From NCBI RefSeq assembly GCF_001194135.2, contig NC_068984.1, positions 127,019,547 through 127,083,546 on the forward strand: 64,000 nt of DNA, in the 5' to 3' direction. Positions 13,383-26,601 of the stretch are shown here, piece by piece (position 1 is the stretch's first letter; each line of letters begins with the position of its first letter). Source of the DNA: Octopus bimaculoides (lineage: Eukaryota). Under the pieces are notes generated by a model. That model did not search any database and was not told the origin of the DNA. It worked only from the letters and a program-made list of their open reading frames with translations. The position numbers and the translations under genes are program-made.

Positions 13383-13960
13383 TAATAATAATAATTTCAA
13401 ATTTTGGCACAAGGCCAGCAATTTCAGGCTGGGGAGCTAAGTCGATTACATCAACTCCATTGTTCAACTGGTACTAATTTTATCAACCTTGAAAGGCACA
13501 GTCAACTCTGTTAAGCATTTTGCCTGGTATGCTAATGCAGCACAAGGTATAAAATTTGGGTTGTGAAGGGGCCAGATGGTTACATTGACCTCTCAGTGTT
13601 CAACTGGTACTGATTTTGTAGATCCCGAAAGAATGAAAAGCAAAGTCAATCTTGATGATATTTAAAATTAGAACTTGAAGCTGAAAGAAATGCTGCTAAG
13701 CATTTTGTCTGGTATTCTAACAATTCTGCCAGCTTGCTACCTTTAAAATGGTTCTCTCTAATTTTGGCATAAGGCTAGTAGTTTTAGGGGAGGGAGCAAG
13801 TCAGTTACATCATTCCATACTACTTGATTGGTACTTTATTTCATCAACCTCAAAAGGATGAAAGGCAAAGTTGACCTGAACAGGATTTGGACTCAGAACA
13901 TAAAGAGCCTAAGTAAATGGCACTAAGTATTTTGTCTGACATGCCAGTGAATCTGCCAGT
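13340..13960 (-). mobile_element. Cluster of degraded SINE family B variant copies next to (TAA)n
   Basis: Repeated TTTTGGCACAAGGCCAGCAATTT...CTGGTACT...GAAAGGCAAAGTTGACC...GCATTTTG...ATTCTGCCAG segments. Confidence 0.7.
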
Positions 13961-14559
13961 TTGCTAATAATAATAATAATAATAATAATAAATATTGGTT
14001 TAAAATTTTGGCACATGGTCAGCAAGTTTGGGAGAGGGGGCTAGTCAATTACATCAACCCCAGTGCTCATCATCATCCAGTATTTTAAATCTGGGTTTTT
14101 CCCCCGTTATTTGTGTGTGCGTGTGTATGTGTGTGTGTGCGTGCGTGTGTGTGTGTACATGCATGCGTGTGTGCATATGTGCTTGTGTGCATATGTGCTT
14201 GTGTGCATGCATGTGTGTGTGTTTGTTTGCATGTACATGTGTGTGTGTGTGTGTGTGTGTGTTTATATTGCTGCTCTGACATCACATGATGGTTGTAAAT
14301 GAGTATCACCATCATACAAACAATGTTGTCCATTTCCAGTCTTCTAGTGGAGGGGGGGGGGCGGAAACAAGCCTGGTCCTAGGGAAATATTACCTTTGCT
14401 TGGCAAGCTGTGAAGGGTGATGACAAGAAGGACATCTAACCACAAAAAAATCTGCCTTTAACAAATTCTGTCTGATTCATGCAAGCATGGAAAAGTAAAC
14501 ATTAAATAATGTTAATAATGATGAAAAATAGCAGGAAAAGTAACTATACAGAAGCTCTG

Positions 14560-14851
14560 CAGTTTACACCAACCCATAATTTCTTAAAGAATGAAAGCTA
14601 AGATTTATACTCTTATAGAAGCAGAGACAACAACTAAAATATGATCTGCAAGTGGAGTAAGCCATATAAGCATGGAACCGGCTTTATTTATAACATTAAT
14701 AAAATCTAGACCAGCTGGCATGATTTATATTATAAATCTTACAAATCTTCTATATATTGTCTCAGAGTTATTGCTTTTCTCATATTCTTGTGGCCTATGT
14801 GTTAATGACACCATATGTGTGTGTGTCTGTGTGTGTGCATATGTTTGTGTG

Positions 14852-14884
<33 letters not shown>

Positions 14885-16250
14885 TTGTGTGTGTATCTGT
14901 GCTTGATTGTATATATATATATCTGTGCATGTATGTATGCATGTATGTATGTGTGTATGTGTTTATATATATGTATGTTTGTGTGTATGTGTATGTATGT
15001 ATGTTTGTATGTATGTATATATGCATTCATGTCTGTCTGTATGTATGTGTGTATATGTGTTTATATATGTATATTTGTGTGTGTGTATGTGTATGTATGT
15101 TTGTATGTATGTATATATACATGCATGTATGTATGTGTGTGCATGTGTTTATATATGTATGTTTGTGTGTATGTATGTATGTGTGTATGTTTGTATGTAT
15201 ATATGCATACATGTATGTCTATGTATGTATGTGTGTATGCATGTATGTATATATGCATACATGTATGTCTATGTATGTATGTATGTATATATGTTTGTAT
15301 GTATGTATGTATTTATGTATGTATGTATGTATGTATGTATGTATGTATATATGATGAGTGTGTAGATAGGTGCAAGCATTATGTGTGTGTGTGTGTGTGT
15401 GTCTGTATGTTTGTGTGTTTTTGTATGTCTGTGTGTGTTTTCATATATTAGTGTATCCATGCTTGCCTCTTTGTCATTCGCCCATCACCACAGAACTTGC
15501 TGCTGGGTCCGGGATAGTTTACATCCCCATAACTTAGTGGTTCAGCAAAAGACACTGATAGAATAAGTACTAAGCTCAAAGTAAGTCCTAGGGTCGATTT
15601 ATTTTACTAAAACCCCTCAAGGTGGTGCTCTAGCATGACTGCAATCAAATGACTGTGACATGTAAAAAAACAGAAGAATATGTATATCAACATGGCCGCA
15701 GCTCTAAGCTGAAACTATATAAACTATAAACTAAAAAATGTCTATGAGTGTGTGTTTTTGTCTCTGTATCTATTGCTCCTTCACCACCTGACAACAGGTG
15801 TTCGTGTGTTTACATCTCCATAACTTAGTGGTTCAGCAAAAGACCTAAAACCCCTGAAGGCAGTGCTCCAGCATGGCTGCAGTCAAATGACTGAAACAAG
15901 TAAAAGAATGCATAAACAAGAAAGAAAATATATCTTCATTAAGATACAATGTCATAGCAAGCTCATCAGAAATGTTATTTTTGTCTCTTTCTAACATAAA
16001 GGTTATATTCAAGTTTTATAGCATGCTAAGAGTTTTGTCATATTCAAAACCAAGGTTGGACAAATTTCTTACAGTACCTGTATCCAACAGTGATGCTATG
16101 TTGCTATTTATATTGGTGAGAAGTTCCTGAGAGCCATTTACAAACATATTACCATTTTTAGAGTCATCAATGCTTACAAATGTCAGCAATATGAACAAAG
16201 TTATCAACATTTCAGTATCTGATTGGTTCATTTCTAACTGCTAACAATAG
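14560..16250 (+). mobile_element. Possible highly degenerate Penelope RT/GIY-YIG remnant split by simple repeats and SINEs
   Basis: Broken + frames read SKPYKHG..IYNINKI*TSWHDL (resembles the PLE RT thumb) and TCIQQ*CYVAIYIGEKF (resembles GIY-YIG C..YIGET). Similarity judged by eye only. Confidence 0.3.
14810..15445. repeat. Long compound (TG)n/(TATG)n microsatellite
   Basis: Direct inspection; explains the VC/MY-rich ORFs. Confidence 0.95.
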
Positions 16251-16589
16251 TGACATTTACAACTAGTATTTTCATTCAAGTTGTTTACTGAAGAGTTATA
16301 GTTATTTACTTTCTCTTTTAAGATACTCATAATTTTCCATGTTTGTATTCTTAGGATATTTATTTAAGCATAACTGCTCTATAAGTTGAGTGCATTTTCT
16401 TTTGGATCAACATATTAGATTATATGTGATAGTTTTTCTCTCTCTCTTAGTCACCATTGTAATGAGCATGATGGGGATTAGTTCAACTGTCCTACTCAAC
16501 TTCATAGGTCTGCACCTCCTTGACAAACTCCAACCTTGTTAAATAGTAATGGCTCATGTGATCATCAAATAGAATCACAAGACATAGCA

Positions 16590-17070
16590 AGCTTGTCAAA
16601 CTTCCCACAACTGGACTACAATGTATATGCAATCCAATTGGATGAAATGATGAGTGAACTTGCACTTAAACAACCGAGATTGGTCAATAGGCCATTTCTC
16701 TTGCAAGACAATGCTTGACCACATGTTGCACAAAGAATGCTACTCAAGATACAGGAACTGAACTTGGAAGTACTCTGTTATCACCAGACCTTGAGCCAAC
16801 TGAATATTACGTTTTCCAGGCATTAGGCAACTTTTTGCAAGGAAAAAACTTCAAATCTGAAGAAGATGCAAAACAGCCTTTCATGGTTTCATCACCTCTT
16901 GCTCTCCAGAAATCTTTGCTGCCGGCATAAATAAGCTACTGCTAAAATGGCAAAATTGTGTTGATAATTTAGGTGCATACTTTGATTAACTGCATTATTT
17001 TTTGTTGAGATAAAGTAAAATAAACTTACAATTCAAAATAGGACATTTCATTCTTAATGACCTGATACTA
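16590..17070 (+). mobile_element. Mariner transposon 3' remnant
   Basis: YAIQLDEMMSELALKQPRLVNRPFLLQDNA*PHVAQ...SPDLEPTEYYVFQALGNFLQGKNF...GINKLLLKWQNCVDNLGAYFD*, matching the mariner HDNARPH and YSPDLAP catalytic region (Hsmar1-like). Confidence 0.85.
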
Positions 17071-17459
17071 GCAAAATGTGGCAGAGGTGGATGATGAAAA
17101 ACCATTTAGAAAACAGGGATAAAAGCACACAAAGGATGTGTACATGCTCATTTCTCATCAGTTACTGACCCAAAACCATCACAGTATACATATGTATTTC
17201 GTAAATATGTTCATAAATTTTCACCATGTATTGACTATAAAAAATACTCTAAAACTGAGGCATATAAACTCACAATGGAGAAAATGGGTATTAGTACACA
17301 TACTAATGCCCAGTTTTTATCATCGACATAATATTAGATTATTTTCTATCGTCAATATACGGTGAAGACTTATAGTTATATTTACGAAATTTTCACTTGT
17401 CACCATTTCTTAACTAATGCAGAATATATTTGTATATATATATTTGTGTGTGTGTGTTT

Positions 17460-17552
<93 letters not shown>

Positions 17553-18389
17553 TATGTGTGTGTTCGTGTATTTGTGCATGTTTGTGTTTATCCCCCATCA
17601 GCACATGACAATTGGTGTTGTTTTGTTTATGTCCCCATAACTCAATAGAATAAGCACCAGGCTTTAAAGACTGTACCTAGAGGTAATTGCTTTTACTGAA
17701 CCCATTGAAGTGGTGCACCAGCATGGCCACAGTCCAGTGACAGAAACATGTAAAAGCCAAAAGATATAGCTTGTAGTGTTTAGTGTGTTCCCTGCTCATA
17801 GCAACCAACTAGAGTTTTATAACAATAGAGGGAAAAGTTGGTTGATATCTTATATATATTATATACCAATGTTTTCTGCATCAATATCAAAGCCAAAGAA
17901 GCCATCTTAACCTCTTCTCAACGACTGATGCAAGCCTCTAATTATAACTGACAGATGTAACTCTATGTGATATGATTGATTGAAACATAAGTCAAACTGA
18001 TCGGGAGAAGGCCAATCATAAAGATGAGAGAATCGATGTAAGCCAATCAAAAATCATTGTCAGAATTATTATTTAATTCCTAAAAATATCCGGCTGGAAT
18101 AAAGACTGTACAAAAATGGCAGATACATTTTCTTCGAATTGTGAAAAGATGAGCAGAATGAAGGAAGATGTTAAAGAATAGGTGCATGTGTGGAAGCTGA
18201 GGAAGTTTTAAGTGTGCAGTAGAAAAAGAGAAAAGTTGTTCACCATCGTCTTTAAGTTTGGGGTTTGTTAGTCAGCCAGGCAAAATCAAACAATTTGCTG
18301 GATTTGGTTAGTGAGTGAAACTGTAAAATGTAGTTTCACTTGTCTTCTTATGAAGTTCAAAGCTTCACATAATGGGCTTGCATACATAC

Positions 18390-19392
18390 ATACATCATCA
18401 TCATCATTGTCGTCGTTTAACATCCGCTTTCCATGTTGGCATGGGTTGGATGGTTTGCCTGAGGGCTGGTGAGCCAGAAGGCTGCACCAAGCTCCAATTT
18501 GATATGGCAAAGTTTCTACAGCTGTATGACCTTCCTAACACCAGCAACTCTGAGCGTGTAATGGGTGCTTTCTATGTGCCCCCAGCACAGGAACCAGTCA
18601 GACGACACTGGCAATGATCATGCTCAAATGGTGCTTTTTACGTGCCACCGGCACAGGAGCCAATCAGGCAGCACTGGCAACAGTCATGCTGGAATGGTGC
18701 TTTTAATGTGCCACAGACACAGGTGTCAGTTAGGTGGTACTGTCATCAGCCACGACAATGATTTCACTTGCCTCAATAGGCCTTCGCAAGCGCAGTTTAT
18801 TGCCCAATGATTGAAGGGTACTCTTAAATGAGCTGGTTATGCTGCACTGGCATAGGCCACAGTTATGGTCTCACTTGGCTTGCCAGGTCTTCTCAAGCAC
18901 AGCATATCACCAAAGGTCTTGGTCACTTGGCATTGCTTTGGTGGGGCCCAGTGTTCAAAGGTTGTGCTTCACCACCTCATCCCAGGTCTTCCTGGGTCTA
19001 CCACTTTCACAGGTTCCCTCTACTGCTAGGGTATGACACTTTTTCACTCAGTTGTCCTCATCCATTTGCAACACATGACCATACCAGCGCAGTCGTGTCT
19101 CTTGCACACCACATCTGATGCTTCTTAAGTCCAACTTTTCTCTCAGAGCACTTACACTCTGTCGTGTATGCACACTGACATTACACATCCAGCAGAGCAT
19201 ATCGGCTTCATTTCTTGCAAGTTTATGCATGTCCTCAGCAATCACGGCCCATATTTCACTGCCATGTAGCATGGCTGTTCACATACATGCGTCATACAGT
19301 CTATCTTTTACTCTGAGTGAGAGGCCTTTGTCACTTGCAGAGGTAGGAGCTCTCTGAACTTTGCCCAGGCTATTCTTATTCTAACAGCTACA
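18390..19392 (-). mobile_element. RTE-clade LINE 3' end (ORF2 C-terminus plus 3' UTR and (GAT)n tail)
   Basis: Minus strand RIAWAKFRELLP...MLHGSEIWAV...RNEADMLCWMCNVSV...RLRWYGHVL; the UTR ends GTTAAACGACGACAATGATGATG. Confidence 0.85.
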
Positions 19393-20540
19393 CTTTCAAA
19401 GCATACATGCATGCAACAAATAAATAAACATATATAGACATATGCATATGCAGTTTATATATATGTGTGGGTATATATATATGTGTGTATGTGTGTGTGT
19501 ATATATATGTGTGTATATATGCTTGCATATACATACATACATACATACATACATATACAAATCCAAAAAATGGAACAAGAACACAACAAACGACAATAAA
19601 ACATCTGGACAGATAAACGATACAATGACAGACAGGAAAAACAACAAAAAGACAGACAGGACAAAACAAAGACAGGCCATTCATGGCCTTCTCTCATCAG
19701 TCAAATTTAAAGATTATCCTTACATTTTCAAAATGCAATTCATGATGTCTGATTATATTGTGATTTTTCTCTTGTAAATCAAATTTTGTGAACCCATGGA
19801 TAGATAAAAAATTCATGTTGTTTATGGATATGAGTTCCATCGTGGAACCAATGCATCCCAGACAGCTCACCACCTTACAAATTATATACTAGAAATAGCA
19901 GCCAAATCTTTGGAGGTGAGATATGTTGAATGCACTCGAAAAAATCCTACGTTAAAAAAAACTATTTCCCACTGAGGTTGCAAACGGGTCTTTTACGAAA
20001 TATTTACCATATTTTTAAAGTCATTTTCACTTTAGAATATTGTTTTAAACATGGCAAAAAAAATTTTTGTAATGGTATTCACTTGAAAATAATTAAAAAT
20101 AACATAAAAATATTGTCTGTTTAAAGAAAGCTAAAATATAAATACTTGCTGTACAAACAACTTACATTTTTGAAATCGCATTCACTTAAAAATATTTCTA
20201 AATTATTAAAATATTGTGTTTATCGAAAACGAAAATAGAAACATTTACTGTGAAAAAAATTGTATTTTTTTGTTGTCAACTCACTTTCTAATAGAACGAT
20301 AAGAGTTTCTTCCCCTTCAGGATGAAGATTATTTTCAGAACATTTTCCCATTATGCACCATTTTGGGTATTTATATCCTGAAAATCTCTAATATCTTGAA
20401 AACCAATTTAGCTATTTATGCAAAACTTGTTTCATTCCATTCATATTAATATGATTCTTAATTCATAGTATTTTCCCATTATGCACCAGTTTGGCTGAGT
20501 AACATTGTAAGCAAGCAGACTGATTTTTAATGTATTATAG

Positions 20541-20880
20541 ATATATAGTTCAAATTTATAGAAAACAAAAGACGAAGACAGGTATAGGAACAACAAGGAG
20601 GCGTATTAGTTTAACACTCAGGAAAGAACAGAAAAGTTTTTGTTGTTGCTTTTGCTGTTCATTCTTAATATGGTTATTGTTGTTGTTGGTTGCTGATACT
20701 GCTACTACCAGTGGTGACGACAGCAGTAATGGTGGCTTTGGTTGACAGAAATAGTCACACACACACACACACACAAATGCACATATATATATCCTTCCGA
20801 GTGAAAAACTAATACATCTGCTTGTTGTTCCTTCACCTGTCTCTGTCATTTCTTTTTTGTAAATTTGAACTTTATATATA
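20541..20880. repeat. Diverged inverted pair of Penelope-type terminal fragments (20541-20625 and 20795-20880)
   Basis: Reverse complement of the left arm (TTCCTGAGTGTTAAACTAATACG...AAATTTGAACTATATA) aligns to the right arm (TTCCGAGTGAAAAACTAATACA...AAATTTGAACTTTATATA). Confidence 0.7.
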
Positions 20881-20889
20881 TTGGAACGC

Positions 20890-21135
20890 TAAGTGCACCG
20901 TCCGAGCGTGATCATTGCCATAGCAGCTGTCTGGCTTCTATGCCAATGGCACGTAAAAGCACCCACTACACTCTCAGAGTGGTTGGCATTAGGAAGGGCA
21001 TCCTGCTGTAGAAACTCTGCCAGATTAGATTGGAGCCTGGTGCAGCCTTCTGGTTCGCCAGTCCTCAGTCAAATCGTCCAACCCATGCTAGCAAGCATGG
21101 AAGGCAGATGTTAAATGATGATGATGATGATAATG
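20890..21135 (+). mobile_element. RTE LINE 3' UTR copy
   Basis: ...GGCATTAGGAAGGGCATCC...CAACCCATGCTAGCA..GGAAGGCAGATGTTAAATGATGATG tail. Confidence 0.75.
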
Positions 21136-21537
21136 ATATATATATATATATATATATATATANNNNNNNNNNNNNNNNNNNNNNNNNNNNNNNNNNNNNN
21201 NNNNNNNNNNNNNNNNNNNNNNNNNNNNNNNNNNNNNNNNNNNNNNNNNNNNNNNNNNNNNNNNNNNNNNNNNNNNNNNNNNNNNNNNNNNNNNNNNNNN
21301 NNNNNNNNNNNNNNNNNNNNNNNNNNNNNNNNNNNNNNNNNNNNNNNNNNNNNNNNNNNNNNNNNNNNNNNNNNNNNNNNNNNNNNNNNNNNNNNNNNNN
21401 NNNNNNNNNNNNNNNNNNNNNNNNNNNNNNNNNNNNNNNNNNNNNNNNNNNNNNNNNNNNNNNNNNNNNNNNNNNNNNNNNNNNNNNNNNNNNNNNNNNN
21501 NNNNNNNNNNNNNNNNNNNNNNNNNNNNNNNNNNNNN

Positions 21538-21594
<57 letters not shown>

Positions 21595-21750
21595 CAAGTA
21601 AACAATAAAAGACTAAAAATATATCAATTTACATTCACCATGAAAAAATTATGTGAAATAATGAATGTGGGGGTTTTGTAGCATACTTAATATGGGACCA
21701 CACAAAATAGAGAAGGTGAAATTTGGACAAAACATGCATCGGTTTGGTTT

Positions 21751-22165
21751 GATGAGAGATAGTATGTAGCTGATTAGATATTTATTGTTGTTGTAACAAA
21801 TAGATGAGAGATAGTATATAGCTGATGAGATATCTATTGTTGTTGTAACAAATAGATGAGAGATAGTATATAGCTGATGAGATATCTATTGTTGTTGTAA
21901 TAAATACATGGGACATAGTATGTAGCTGATGAGATATCTATCGTTGTTGTAACAAATAGATGAAAGATAGTATATATCTGATGAGATATCTATTGTTGTT
22001 GTAATAAATAGATGAGAGATAGTATATATCTGATGAGATATCTATGTTGTTGTAATAAATAGATGAGAGATAGTATGTAGCTGATGAGATATCTATTGTT
22101 GTCATAATAAAGAGGTGAGAGATAGTATATAGCTGATGAGATATCTATTGTTGTTGTTATAAATA
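21751..22165. repeat. Minisatellite, 8 copies of a 52-bp unit
   Basis: Unit GATGAGAGATAGTATATAGCTGATGAGATATCTATTGTTGTTGTAACAAATA starts at 21751, 21803, 21855, 21907, 21959, 22011, 22062 and 22114. Confidence 0.95.
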
Positions 22166-22936
22166 GACAAAAACAAAAAAAAAGGACGGAGTGAAGAAAC
22201 AGCATGTCTGGAAGCCAGTGGTTAATGTAAGCCATTGGTGAATGAACAGTTGCCAATCAGCTCTATTGGCAAAGACTCTTGTTGTGTGTATGTGTGTGTG
22301 TATGTGTGTGTGTGTGTGTGTGTGTGCGTGCGTGTGTGCTTGCATGCGTGTGTGTGTGTGTGTGTGTGTGTGCGTGTGTGCATGTGTGTGTGTACATGAT
22401 TAATCAAAATCAAATATCCAGACACTACACATTGCCATATGTCCTGAAGCAAAATATTGTTGGCCTGTAAGTATGAGTGTATAATGGCATGAGAATAGTA
22501 AAATTTTGATTTAATTTTCATTAGACACGAGACAGGAAGGTGTTTTTTGTAAAGAAGGAGATATGGACAAATCAAGACAACTGTGTAGCTAACAAATTTG
22601 CTTCACAACCACATGGTTCCACGTTCATTGTCATGTATGACATCTTGGGAAAATGTCTTCTATCATCATTTCAAATTAATGAATGTCTTGCGAATGGAAC
22701 TTGGTTGATGAATGCTGTGCAGAAGACGATCAAATATATTTATAATGATATCCATGGAGCAACTGATGATGGATCTATATCTTTGATGAGCTTATTGACT
22801 GTGGACATTTTTTTGTATCTTGTATTGTCTTGGTTCTAAGTTATCTTCTCATTCATTGAAATTCTAGATCTTGTGAGGTTAATTTGGACTCAAAACATTA
22901 GGAAGGATGAAATGCTGCTAAGCATTTTGCCTGGCT

Positions 22937-23350
22937 TACTCTCTCTTTTACTCTTTTACTTGTTTCAGTCATTTGACTGTGGCCATGCTGGAGCACCGCC
23001 TTTAGTCGAGCAAATCGACCCCAGGACTTATTCTTTGGATGCCTAGTACTTATTCCATCCGTCTCTTTTGCCGAACCGCTAAGTTACGGGGACGTAAACA
23101 CACCAGCATCGGTTGTCAAGCAATGTTGGGGGAACAAACACAGACACACAAACATATACACACACATACATATATACATATACATATATACGACAGGCTT
23201 CTTTCAGTTTCCGTCTACCAAATCCACTCACAAGGCTTTGGTCGGCCCGAGGCTATAGTAGAAGACACTTGCCCAAGGTGCCACGCAGTGGGACTGAACC
23301 TAGAACCATGTGGTTGGTAAGCAAGCTACTTACCACACAGCCACTCCTGC
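22937..23350 (-). mobile_element. tRNA-derived SINE family A, full length, with internal (CA/TA) microsatellite
   Basis: Minus head GCAGGAGTGGCTGTGTGGTAAG (A box)...GGTTCAGTCCC (B box)...GGCACCTTGGGCAAGTG; tail AGTAAAAG repeats. Confidence 0.92.
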
Positions 23351-23571
23351 TAACAATTTTACCAGCTTGCCACTTTAAACATATTTAAAAAACTGAAATA
23401 CTTAATAATCAGGCTACATAGTGTTTCATATAATGTTTTCTTGTCCAAATTTGTCGGTTGTAGGCTGTGGTTTGTTTATCTCTAGTACTTTTTTCCTCTC
23501 TGCCAGTTGATAAATATTTCCCCTCTCTATATTAATGTAATAACCACAGTAAAACTTGTTTTTCTTTGTAG

Positions 23572-23731
23572 GTCTAGTGTCAATGACAATTCCAGTCTAC
23601 CTAGCGGAATGTGCTCCTAGTCATGTCCGTGGAAGAATTGTATCAACCAACATAGCCATGGTGGCTGGTGGACAGTTTTTTGCAAATGTCATAGATGGAA
23701 TATTTGGTTTTAATGAAGAAACTGGCTGGAG
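23572..23731 (+). CDS. SLC2A13: Proton/myo-inositol cotransporter (HMIT) internal exon, 160 nt, phase 1 to 2
   Basis: Acceptor ttttctttgtag and donor GGAG/gtaagt. Translates (G)LVSMTIPVYLAECAPSHVRGRIVSTNIAMVAGGQFFANVIDGIFGFNEETGW(R), containing the sugar-porter PVYxAExAP..RG motif and the HMIT-like GGQFFA..DG segment. Confidence 0.93.
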
Positions 23732-25719
23732 GTAAGTCTTACAGATTCCATGTTAGTATTGTTATTGTTCCAGCTATGACCATCTCAATTTTTTTTTCTC
23801 CCAGTATACAAAAGAACAATATCTGGTGTGTATCATCACATTTTTTTTCAATATTGTGAAGTGTGATGTGAGGAGGGATCTGGTTGCTATTTCTAGCAGG
23901 TTGAATGATCACATACAGGCTGTTTATTGTTGTTGATGTTGCTGCAGTTTTTGTTGTTGTTTAAACTCATGTCAGCCCCAGTTGCACAACATAGAAACGT
24001 AGACACCATACATATAACAAAAGACAAACACCAAATACAGTCAGGATACAACACTGTAGCTACCACACAATATATACATCTCAGAATATTAATGCAACAC
24101 AACAGATATTACACAACACATCATAGATCACACACTATCATTTTTAGATATGGTAGGGACCACACAACAGAGACACTCCACAAAGAGCACAACACAATAT
24201 AAACACCACACAACAATTGCCTCAGCAGTCACTACACATCACAAATACAACACAGCAGGTCTCACAAAATGGACACCAAATAACTTAGTACAGACACCAC
24301 TCTAGAGACAGAGAACACTATACATCATACACAACACACAATCCACAAGACAACGAACACAATAGAACATGGTCATCACATAACATAGATGCTAAACAGT
24401 AGACACCAACAACATAGATGCCATACACCATAGGAACCAGCCATCATAGACATCACCAACCAGAAACACAATACAACTTAGAAACCAAGCACATAACATT
24501 GTCTTAGACATCGTCTTAGACATCATACAATACTTACCTCTCAACACAGACAATACAAATTACAGACATTGCAGAATATAGGGACCACAGAACACAGGTA
24601 CAACACAACATATTTTATACATACAAAAGATACCATTGACATCATATTCAGACAACAGATCATAGACACAAACCCCATACAGACCATACATCATGGATGC
24701 CACACAACACAACTGTCACTACACAATTTCAACTTCATACATGCACACTGGTATACAGTTTTTAACATGGGTATTTCCATACAGTCACATGACTACTTAA
24801 AAATAGCAGTTGTGTTGCACTCAAAAATCACAAGCACCCATCTTATAAAAGGATGTCCGCATTGGGTAATGTATTCCTACATGCATATGTCTGAATAAAA
24901 ATATTGGTTCATCAGTAGCACAGCTAGGAAGTCCAAGGGTGCAGTTAACCCTGGGTGATGTTTTGATGGTGGGAGGAGCACTTTTGGGTCTGATGTATAA
25001 ACCTGTGCAGGGCTTATACTGGGGATGGAGGGAGCAGCACTCTCAAGAACTGCCCTAGGGGCACCTACTCTAGTAATCATCACTGGAGATTGTCACAGAT
25101 GGATTGTCTTTGTTATAGTCTGCTGGATTAGGATTAAGCTCATGCTAAACAAGATCAACAACAAATAGATACTATTAACATCATATCCAAAAACATGACA
25201 TGAGGATATGATCAAGGTAATATTGATGGTTTGGTTTTAGTGATGGTCATAATGATGATGTTTGGTTGTAACGGAGTTGGTGGTGGGGAATGATACCTTT
25301 GATGATCGTGATGATAGTGATAGCAATTATGATTAAATTGTCCTCAAGATTAAAGACAATTTTCTGTCCACTGTCTCAGATGACATACAAATTAAATGCT
25401 TAAAAACAAATATATGAACCTCCTTCTTGTCCTCCACCCTCACCAGCTTGTGACCTACCTACCTCTGACACACATTCACCTATGCATGCCATATCATTTT
25501 ATCATCTGGCTCCACATGCACACACACATAGACGTTCCTATGTTTGTATGTGAAACAGTTAATAAAACTGACTTTCTGTTAACTTCTCTTGAGAAAGAAA
25601 TCATTTTGATTTCGGAATAATCTCAATAAGAAAATCGGAAAAATTCTGAAGGGAAAGAAACTAATGTAATATTGCAGTAAAAGAAAGGACAACACACACA
25701 CATACATATACATATACAT

Positions 25720-25815
<96 letters not shown>

Positions 25816-26559
25816 GTATGTATGTATGTATGTGTGTATGTGTTATCAAAATGTCCTCTACTGCCTTGTCTTTGATGGTTAGAAAATTCATCATGATTCT
25901 CCACCACTCAAGTTATAAATAACAGTTTTGTTTTTAAACCATTTACATTGTTAGTTGCATTAAATAGAAAAAGAAAAGATTAAGAAGAAAAAAATACAAA
26001 AATGACTGTTTTTCTAATATCCACAGATCTATTCCAATTGACTTTTATTGATCTGCTATTAATCAATAGAGGTGAATATTATTGGAAGTTGAGTGGGAGT
26101 TGAGTGGGAGTTGAATAAAGCTGATGGTGGCAGTGCGTTATAGAAGAACTCTTCAATGTAGGAGGTAAAATACGGTTGTTGCTTGGATTTATGGAAATGA
26201 GAGAAGAGTAAGAAAATAGCTGTGAAAATGAATTTAACACTTGTTTGTTTATGACATACCCATAAATGTATGAATGTGGCAGAAATTAAATTATTCTCCT
26301 ATATTTTGTTTATGTATTCTGTTTACTTTTCATTGGTAGTAAGGAAATATGCAATCACTCTGAAGTGAAATATAAGCAATGTAATACAGTATATAGAAAA
26401 GTATAAAATATAATATAATGCAATAAAATATATTGTGAATACATACATAGATACACATATGTACACACACAAAAACACGTCTTTATTATCTTCTATTATA
26501 GCCACAGGCTAGCTAAAGCCTTGAAAATGAATTTGGTAGACAGAAACTGTGGAAGCCTG

Positions 26560-26601
<42 letters not shown>

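Noticed and set aside
16016-16231. Minus-strand ORF with a signal-peptide-like start (MLITLFILLTFVSIDD) and N-glycosylation sequons, continuing past a TAA
   Set aside because: It has an in-frame stop, no clear splice sites and no recognisable family. It is better explained as the antisense shadow of a decayed element, though an HMM search would be needed to exclude a pseudogene fragment.
21751-22165. CRISPR-like regular repeat
   Set aside because: Units are head-to-tail with no unique spacers, in eukaryotic intron context; this is a minisatellite.
1-23571. Upstream HMIT exon(s) encoding TM1-4 (GYDTG and GRR motifs)
   Set aside because: No such motif with splice sites was found by eye; the 5' exon(s) probably lie before this window.
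24905-25085. Possible second hAT MITE (CAGTAGCACAGCTAG start)
   Set aside because: The right TIR is poorly matched and I found no 8-bp TSD.
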